Below are positions 57,460 to 64,000 of a DNA stretch of 64,000 nt, piece by piece. Position numbers and translations under genes: made by a program. The notes beneath the pieces were generated by a model, which worked only from the letters and a program-made list of their open reading frames with translations, did no database searches and was not told the DNA's origin. How positions within the stretch are numbered: the stretch's first letter is position 1; every line of letters begins with the position of its first letter. The stretch lies in IMG/VR virus record IMGVR_UViG_3300004369_000006, positions 1-64,000 of that record, one strand, 5' to 3'. The DNA comes from a virus.

Positions 57460-58323
57460 ATGGCAACAAAAACAAAGACAAGTTCTTTTACATTACCTGA
57501 CAAAAAGATTAGGATTGTACCTAACAAGAAAGGCACAGCTTTCATTCCTGACACTTCACATCCTGCAAGTTTCTTGATGGATGGGTGTAAGAATGTTTAT
57601 GTAGTACCACAATTGCGCAATGGACAATTGCAGAATCCTTTGACTGACGAGGAAAAAGATTTCTTTGAAAACTCATCAGAATCAGGATTAAGCTTTGAAG
57701 CAGGAGAGTTGAGTATCTACAAGAAGAAAGATAACTTTTGGAATAACTTCTCGGTGGAGTTAGGCAAGAGTAGTAAAACATTGGATTTAAGTAATCCATA
57801 TGATTATTTTGAATACAAAGTCTTATTGTTAAATTCTGAGTTCGTAGCACCTGATTATGATTCACGAAATGACAAGCGGACATATAAATATTATTTAGTT
57901 GACGATTTAGATGAAGCTAAAAGCAAATCAGCAGAATACGGCAAAGAAGCTGCAGCGTGGAGGTACTTCGATGAGGTCACCAAAGACCGAGCAAAAGTGC
58001 GTAGTGTTCTGCGACTTATGGGTAACTCTACGTCAACAGATGACTCAGACGACTTTTTAGCAAAAGAGTTAGGGTCAATTATTAAGAATCCTGGAGGTAT
58101 CGATAGGTTCTTAAGTATAGTTGAAGACGGAGATATTGAGTTAAAGATGTTTATTCATCAGGCTTTAGAAATCCGAGCTTTAACTTACAAGAAAGGAAAC
58201 TACTACTTAAACGGTAAAACAAGTCCAATTGGAGATTTTGAAGCAGTAGTGAAATTCTTTAAAGAAGATGAGAATAGTGAACTTATGGTTACTATTAAAG
58301 CTAAAATTAAATCAGTGCTATAA
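57460..58323 (+). CDS. Conserved crAss-like head-module protein
   Basis: FW...LDLSNPYDY motif; directly after MCP. Confidence 0.65.
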   Translation: MATKTKTSSFTLPDKKIRIVPNKKGTAFIPDTSHPASFLMDGCKNVYVVPQLRNGQLQNPLTDEEKDFFENSSESGLSFEAGELSIYKKKDNFWNNFSVELGKSSKTLDLSNPYDYFEYKVLLLNSEFVAPDYDSRNDKRTYKYYLVDDLDEAKSKSAEYGKEAAAWRYFDEVTKDRAKVRSVLRLMGNSTSTDDSDDFLAKELGSIIKNPGGIDRFLSIVEDGDIELKMFIHQALEIRALTYKKGNYYLNGKTSPIGDFEAVVKFFKEDENSELMVTIKAKIKSVL

Positions 58324-58326
58324 TAT

Positions 58327-59085
58327 ATGAACGCACAAGAGTTTAAAGTAAGGTTTGAAACATTGTATCAGAGTGGCGGAAGAACATTATCTTCTGCCCC
58401 TCTTGATGATTATGAGATATCTGTATTTCTTACAGATGCTCAGATGATGCTTATTAAGCAACATTATAATCCTTACGGTAATACTTATCAAGAAGGCTTT
58501 GAACGCTCTGAGAAAAGACGTAGAGAGTTTTCTGAGCTTGTGCGTAATAATAGTTCTGCACCTCCTTTTACAGATAACACATTACAGATTGGCGATAGCA
58601 CAAGTTTGTTATTTAATTTGCCACAAGATGTAATGTTTATTGTACAAGAAAAAGCATTGGTTCGTTCACAGAATCCTTGCTATAACGGAACTTATGTGGA
58701 CATTAAACCTATTACACACGATAGGTATAATTCCCACAAGAAGAATCCCTTTCGTAAGCCAGACCCTGAAATTATTTGGCGAATGGATTTAGGGGATAAC
58801 AATAACGATAATACACGAGGTATTGTAGAATTAATTTTTGATCCTATTATATTTCCTATTCGTTATGATTGTCGCTATGTGAAGAAACCTAGTCCTATCA
58901 TTGTAAGTGACGTATCATTGATTGATCCAACACTTACTATTGAAGGTATTACGGGTCCTTCAGAGAGTGATATAAGTGATGAATTTCACGAAGAAATAGT
59001 AAAACTTGCAGTATCATTAGCATGGGGTTACCAGGGTAATCCTTTAACACAAGTCGGTATAGGCTTGGCTAGAGCTGCTGAATAA
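58327..59085 (+). CDS. Tail ring/head-tail adaptor protein
   Basis: DDYEISVFLTxAQ, FExSEKRR, YVKKPxPII, HEEIVxLAV. Confidence 0.7.
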   Translation: MNAQEFKVRFETLYQSGGRTLSSAPLDDYEISVFLTDAQMMLIKQHYNPYGNTYQEGFERSEKRRREFSELVRNNSSAPPFTDNTLQIGDSTSLLFNLPQDVMFIVQEKALVRSQNPCYNGTYVDIKPITHDRYNSHKKNPFRKPDPEIIWRMDLGDNNNDNTRGIVELIFDPIIFPIRYDCRYVKKPSPIIVSDVSLIDPTLTIEGITGPSESDISDEFHEEIVKLAVSLAWGYQGNPLTQVGIGLARAAE

Positions 59086-59090
59086 CTTTG
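59083..59090 (+). promoter_or_regulatory. Possible -7 element (TAACTTTG) upstream of the auxiliary capsid gene
   Basis: TAnnTTTG match overlapping the upstream stop codon; no properly spaced -33. Confidence 0.35.
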
Positions 59091-59122
59091 TAAATTTTGT
59101 TTAATTAATACCTTTTTCAAAA

Positions 59123-60355
59123 ATGAGCGAATTTCAAAAATCAACATTCCAAGTGCTCGTTGCAGGTACTACCGCAGGCTCTTATCAGCCTACTGGTACA
59201 TTTAGTGATCTAAATGACTTCCTTGCAAACGGTGCTGACTTGGAGCTCGCTATGTTTGACGCTGCAGGTGGTGCTGTAGGTTCAGGAGATTCTTTCTTCT
59301 TCGTACTTAAAAATGCAAAAGAAGCTAATGGATTTGTCCGTTCAGAACTTATTAACCCTGCTAAAATTTCAAGTGCACGCTATGCAGACTTTGCTGCTGG
59401 CACAAACCAAGTATCTTACATTGGGTTTAACGGAACTTCAGGATCATTTGATACACCTGCTGGTGGAGCTGGATTGCTTTACCAAGCTAACTTCATGATT
59501 CCTGAGTATGGTTCACACAGTGCAAATGACTTTGCAATCCGTCAAGGACACTACCAAGCTGCTGCTGCAGATGGTCAAGTACAAGTTGCTAACGGTCTTA
59601 CCCAAAGTATTGTTTGGAACATGAGCCGTGATGCAGACACCATTATGCGTCCTCATCGTATTACTAGTAGTACTACTGCTACTCCAGCAGCTGGTGCTAT
59701 TGTACCTACACTTGGACAAAAAGTAGTATCCGTTACTACTGCTCTTACAACTGCTATTCCTGCTGTAGGAGATTACTTAGGAATTACTGTATCTGTAAAC
59801 GGTTCTAACGTAATTACTTATTACAAAGTAGTTGCTATTAACAACGTAAACGGTGGTACAATTACTTTGGATACTGAATTCCAAGGACCTACTGGTTCTG
59901 TAGCATTTGGTGCTCTTCGTGTTGTAACTGCTGCTAACGCTGCTTTAGGTAACTGGGGTATTGCTCTTGTAGGTGGTGACAAGAAATTTGTACTTGGTAA
60001 AATGGAACTTGGTAAAATGAAGTTCACTACCACTTTGATTGACATGGGTACTACTACTCTTACTGACAAAGCTACTTCAGCTTATGTAGGTAATGGAGAT
60101 GGTCGCCGTGTACAAGAGCTTGAGTGGGCTGGACAAGGAAATGAGCGTGATCTCTATCGTACGGGAGAACCTTATTTGTTTGACGAAGTAATCAATGCAG
60201 TTGCTGCTGCTTCTTATGATGTTGTAGCATTTAATTACTTCTCTGAAACAGAAAGTGAATTTGTGAATACACGTTCACCACGTCAGCTTTATGTAGCCGT
60301 TGAAGAATCAGAAGCTTCTTTGAAAGCAGACTTAACTGCTGCAGGGATTATCTAA
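59123..60355 (+). CDS. Auxiliary capsid/decoration protein
   Basis: Ala/Gly/Thr-rich, GxGxGxxVxxLEW motif, high-expression codons, followed by a terminator. Confidence 0.6.
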   Translation: MSEFQKSTFQVLVAGTTAGSYQPTGTFSDLNDFLANGADLELAMFDAAGGAVGSGDSFFFVLKNAKEANGFVRSELINPAKISSARYADFAAGTNQVSYIGFNGTSGSFDTPAGGAGLLYQANFMIPEYGSHSANDFAIRQGHYQAAAADGQVQVANGLTQSIVWNMSRDADTIMRPHRITSSTTATPAAGAIVPTLGQKVVSVTTALTTAIPAVGDYLGITVSVNGSNVITYYKVVAINNVNGGTITLDTEFQGPTGSVAFGALRVVTAANAALGNWGIALVGGDKKFVLGKMELGKMKFTTTLIDMGTTTLTDKATSAYVGNGDGRRVQELEWAGQGNERDLYRTGEPYLFDEVINAVAAASYDVVAFNYFSETESEFVNTRSPRQLYVAVEESEASLKADLTAAGII

Positions 60356-60389
60356 TAACTTCGACTACTTATTGCTATAAGTATTGTAT

Positions 60390-60425
60390 AAGAGAGGGGT
60401 ACATGTATTGTACCTCTCTTTTTTT
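60390..60425 (+). terminator. Intrinsic terminator
   Basis: AGAGAGGGGTACA-TGTAT-TGTACCTCTCT followed by TTTTTT. Confidence 0.85.
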
Positions 60426-60457
60426 ATTTCTAATTTTATAGCTAAATTCCTTATACT

Positions 60458-61042
60458 ATGAACTTTACTGCAACAGCAGCTACTAATCAAAAGTCCATTG
60501 TTTTAGTGACAGATCTTGCAACAGTAAATGCAGATTATCCCGTATTAGAAATCTATATTAATAATACCCTGTTTGGAACGCTAGTTGTTGGAGGAAGTGT
60601 TACAGTAACAAATGGAACTACATATACTACTACATCAGGTATGTCTAACCTATTATTTACTGCATTAGGTTTAGACATGACTTTTAGTATTACTACTTCA
60701 GTACTAGGGCTTACAACACCTCCTGCAGCAGATGATATTTTAAACACTGGTATTTATCAATTCAAGTTGATTCCACAAAATGACAGTGTAAATTCAGAAC
60801 AATACGCAGGAGAAGCAATTACACATGAGATTATGTGTTGCATTACGGATAAGCTATCTGATTTATATTGTGGAAATAGTACCTGCGACAAAGGCGATGT
60901 ACTAAAATCTGTTAGTAATATTAACGGAGCTATTACAGGGGCACGATATAGTGCTTTACAATTAAAATTTGATGATGCTATTTGTCTGTATAACGTAGCA
61001 AGTTCACTCTGTGGTTCTGACTGCGGATGTGGATGTAGCTAA
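60458..61042 (+). CDS. Structural protein with Cys-rich C-terminus
   Basis: Beta-rich N-terminal part; 9 Cys in the last ~70 aa, ending CGSDCGCGCS. Confidence 0.6.
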   Translation: MNFTATAATNQKSIVLVTDLATVNADYPVLEIYINNTLFGTLVVGGSVTVTNGTTYTTTSGMSNLLFTALGLDMTFSITTSVLGLTTPPAADDILNTGIYQFKLIPQNDSVNSEQYAGEAITHEIMCCITDKLSDLYCGNSTCDKGDVLKSVSNINGAITGARYSALQLKFDDAICLYNVASSLCGSDCGCGCS

Positions 61043-61052
61043 AAGATAAGCC

Positions 61053-61418
61053 ATGGCAAAGTATTTTGATGACGCATATATAGATGATTTACTCGGACAG
61101 CTTTCTCAAGCTATTTGGCGTAAATCAGCTAAACTATGTCACGGGGTAGAAACAGGTGATTTTGATTGCAACTTTCTTGAGATTGAAGAAATCACTATCC
61201 TTGCAGATATTATTAAGAATCATCCTACTTGTATCAAGTCAGATGCTTCTTGGAATTGTATTATAGATCGGGTACAAGACTTTATTGATACTTGTAACAT
61301 TCCTGGTCCTGTATTACCGCCACAAATAGTAGTACCTAGCTGTGACGATAACAACATATTAACTGAAAACTTATTCTGTATCATTACAGAACAAGGAGAA
61401 TTTGTAATTATAGAATAA
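61053..61418 (+). CDS. Small Cys-rich structural protein
   Basis: 7 Cys; C-terminal ILTE/IITEQG motifs; TAATG-coupled to the fibre gene. Confidence 0.6.
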   Translation: MAKYFDDAYIDDLLGQLSQAIWRKSAKLCHGVETGDFDCNFLEIEEITILADIIKNHPTCIKSDASWNCIIDRVQDFIDTCNIPGPVLPPQIVVPSCDDNNILTENLFCIITEQGEFVIIE

Positions 61419-63352
61419 TGGCTACAAAGAAGGTATCGGGGATGACTCCCCTAACAATAGCTAATGTGACCTCTAATCACTTGATTATGTCTGCAGATCC
61501 TTCAACGGTGAATAACTATTCAACTCCGTTTGAAGATTTGTTTCATAGTCTAGCAAATGCGCAGGTATCAGGTACAAGTTTATGGAGTGGTTTTAGTCGA
61601 ACTACTTTGACATTTAAAACCTTACTTGCAGGTAGCAGTAAACTTACTATTGCTGATAGTGGTACTGCTATTACACTTGATGTAAATGAATCTGCTCTTT
61701 CTTTAGCAAATATGACAGGGGTTGTGCCTTTGATTAATGGAGGTACACAAACTGCACTTACTGCTCCTCCTACCAATGCTTTAATGTATTGGAATGTAGC
61801 AACTCAGCAAATGATGTGGTTGCAGTTAGGGACATATCTTAGTATTCAAGGAGGTAACACATTGGTATCTGCTGATTCAGATACTACATATACTGCAGGT
61901 AATGGATTGAACTTAGTAGGTACAGTATTTAGTGCCAACTTCGGTTCTACTGCTAATACAGTTACTGAAGGAGATACACAATATATTTTTACTGCAGGTT
62001 CAGGTATGTCGGGTGGTGGAACTATTACTTCAGGTGCAGGAGGTACAATTACCCTTACTAATGCAGACAAAGGTTCTGACCAGTTAGTATTTAAAAGAGT
62101 TGTAGGAGATGTAGGTGGATATGATACCGTATCTAATACTGACTTTCTTAATGTGTTAGGTGGTACAGGTATTGGTACAGTTGTTACTCCTAATACAGTA
62201 ACCATCAATAGCACCCTGAATATATGGAGCACAATCACCGCAGACTCTGGCAGCACAGCACCTTCAGTAGCAGCAGACACACTAACTATTGCGGGTGGTA
62301 CAGGTATAAGTACGACTTTAGTCGGAAACACTCTAACGATAAACAATACAGCAGGTGCAGCTGGAGAAGCAAATGATGGTATCAATATTGGTACTGGTGC
62401 AGGTTCTATATATGCAGGAAAGTCAGGAGTAAGTTTACAGTTTAAATCTCTTGCTGCAGGTACTAATGTGAACATCACAAGTACTGCAGATACCATTACC
62501 ATTAACTCTCCATTCCAAAATACCTTTAAAACTATTGCAGGCAATCTAGGAAACTATACAGCTTTAAGCTCTGCAGATACTATAAACTTTATTGGAGAAG
62601 ATGGTATATCAACTACCGTAGCAGGTAGCACTGTAACTATTACAGGAAACACTGCAGATAGCGGTTGGTTACCATTACCTATATGGACAGGTGCTACTGG
62701 GGTACAGAACATTTTAAATATCCCTGAGCCACCTGAATTCCGTGTAGTGGGTCGTCAAGTATTCTTTAAAGGTTGGTTAGTTATTCCATTGGATGATACA
62801 TCAGGTGGTCTTGTAAATGACTTTGTAGCTATCCGTAGTACAAATGGCAATACGCCTTTGACTTCAGGTACGGGTATCAGTATTACAAATCTTACTGTGA
62901 GTATGCCTCCTATCTTTGCTAGTGGTACGTTATATCCTGATCAAACAATGCGTTTTAATGGATTGTTAGGATTCCGTAGAACTACGACATCTGATACTTT
63001 TGATATGGTAACTGTTGTAGATCTTGAGTTTGACCAAGCAGGAGATGTATTTGTACATAGTATCCGTGATCGTGAAACTGCAGGTGGATCTACTTTAATA
63101 TACAATCAACTACGTAATATTATTACTGTAGTTGCTGCAGCAGATAGAGCTTTAGATTGGAGTACATATCGCAGTTCTGCAAACAGTGGTGGTACATTAC
63201 AGAATCTAGTTACTGCGGGTACAGATACATTCCCAATATCTTTTGATGGTACAGATGCAGAAAACTTTGGTGGCGTATATATTCCATTAGATGGATTAAG
63301 TTATCTTGTAGATCCTGATGACGATGTAGATACCATCCATTCTTCATACTAA
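61418..63352 (+). CDS. Fibre protein (tail or head fibre)
   Basis: Thr/Gly-rich with repeated (A/G)GxGI/L and FKxxxG units; MATKKVS N-terminus. Confidence 0.7.
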   Translation: MATKKVSGMTPLTIANVTSNHLIMSADPSTVNNYSTPFEDLFHSLANAQVSGTSLWSGFSRTTLTFKTLLAGSSKLTIADSGTAITLDVNESALSLANMTGVVPLINGGTQTALTAPPTNALMYWNVATQQMMWLQLGTYLSIQGGNTLVSADSDTTYTAGNGLNLVGTVFSANFGSTANTVTEGDTQYIFTAGSGMSGGGTITSGAGGTITLTNADKGSDQLVFKRVVGDVGGYDTVSNTDFLNVLGGTGIGTVVTPNTVTINSTLNIWSTITADSGSTAPSVAADTLTIAGGTGISTTLVGNTLTINNTAGAAGEANDGINIGTGAGSIYAGKSGVSLQFKSLAAGTNVNITSTADTITINSPFQNTFKTIAGNLGNYTALSSADTINFIGEDGISTTVAGSTVTITGNTADSGWLPLPIWTGATGVQNILNIPEPPEFRVVGRQVFFKGWLVIPLDDTSGGLVNDFVAIRSTNGNTPLTSGTGISITNLTVSMPPIFASGTLYPDQTMRFNGLLGFRRTTTSDTFDMVTVVDLEFDQAGDVFVHSIRDRETAGGSTLIYNQLRNIITVVAAADRALDWSTYRSSANSGGTLQNLVTAGTDTFPISFDGTDAENFGGVYIPLDGLSYLVDPDDDVDTIHSSY

Positions 63353-63362
63353 AAGCTAAGTA

Positions 63363-64000
63363 ATGCCTACAAAGAAGTATTCACAGTTTACCGCCATAAC
63401 ACTGAATGAAATCGACAGCAATAAGTTGGTTACATTCGGTGATCCAGTAGCGGTAGATAATTACTATATTCCTTATCCTGAGTTATTCCCACAAGGAAAT
63501 ACTGCAGGAGGCGGTACTTCTTTGTTGGAAAGTGTAGTAAAAACTACGCTTACATTTAAAAGCCTTACAGAGGGTTTAGGCATTGACATTAACGAGAACG
63601 TAGCAGGAGAGGTAGAAATAGCCGTAAACCCTGCGGAAATAAATATAAACGCATTCTCAGGTGTCTTATCCCTAGCCAATGGAGGTACAGGTTCTTCACT
63701 TAGTGCACCAGGTGGTGCTGCATTCTTAGCATATGATCCTGTTAGTGGATTAGTAGATTGGACTTTAGTAGGTGGAGGATTAACTATTGGAGGTGGTACA
63801 GTAAGTGCCAATGCTTATTATGCAGGTACAGGTCTTACGCTTACAGGTGGAGATACTTTTAATGTGGTATATGGAGGCTTTCCTAGTACAGCAGTAGAGG
63901 GAGATACACAGATTATCATTAATGCAGGTACTGGATTAGCAGGTGGAGGAACTATCATCTTAGGTTTAGGTGGTAGTGTAACGCTTACCAATAACGATAC
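63363..64000 (+). CDS. Second fibre protein, paralogue of 61418..63352 (runs off the window)
   Basis: MPTKKYSQF...TTLTFKSL...GVLSLANGGT...YAGTGL...VEGDTQ...AGTGLAGGGTI aligns by eye with the preceding gene; no stop before 64000. Confidence 0.75.
   Translation, partial: MPTKKYSQFTAITLNEIDSNKLVTFGDPVAVDNYYIPYPELFPQGNTAGGGTSLLESVVKTTLTFKSLTEGLGIDINENVAGEVEIAVNPAEININAFSGVLSLANGGTGSSLSAPGGAAFLAYDPVSGLVDWTLVGGGLTIGGGTVSANAYYAGTGLTLTGGDTFNVVYGGFPSTAVEGDTQIIINAGTGLAGGGTIILGLGGSVTLTNND

Larger units (their letters stand above)
1..64000. mobile_element. crAss-like (Crassvirales-type) bacteriophage genome segment
   Basis: Giant virion RNAP/cargo block, terminase-portal-scaffold-MCP-ring-auxiliary capsid gene order, oppositely oriented replication arm, dense coding, no host housekeeping genes. 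Confidence 0.93.

Noticed and set aside
61543-63811. Antisense ORFs (77, 232 and 112 aa) over the fibre genes
   Set aside because: Explained by Thr/Gly/Ala codon bias of the + strand fibre genes; the real gene at the right end starts at 63363 on +.
1-64000. Stop-codon reassignment (TAG/TGA), known in some Crassvirales
   Set aside because: Genes up to 6.3 kb are uninterrupted in the standard code, coding density is high, and no suppressor tRNA was seen.

Overview
The window is most of a crAss-like (Crassvirales-type) podophage genome with a probable Bacteroidota host (TAnnTTTG promoters, Shine-Dalgarno-poor AT-rich leaders, one Gln-after-signal-peptide protein), read in the standard genetic code. 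It has three blocks. (1) 1-22970 (+): virion cargo/ejection proteins, including a 2104-aa two-barrel virion RNA polymerase (DFDSD), then a metallophosphoesterase. (2) 23006-47430 (-): the early/replication arm, with PolA, DnaB-like and SF2 helicases, primase, Sak4-like ATPase, SSB-like protein, PD-(D/E)xK nucleases, Ung, dUTPase, RadC/JAB, SplB-like radical SAM, a permuted GHKL ATPase and many small ORFs. (3) 47659-64000 (+): terminase, portal, scaffold, major capsid, ring/auxiliary capsid and fibre genes. The most striking observation is that four consecutive cargo proteins (5769 aa in total) contain only six cysteines by manual scan. All six sit at facing C- and N-termini of neighbouring genes, which suggests a head-to-tail disulfide-linked ejection chain. 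Also notable are a GG-punctuated cargo polyprotein and a strongly skewed divergent control region carrying DnaA-box-like repeats and an unannotated ribbon-helix-helix gene. All functional calls come from motif recognition by eye; no database searches were run.
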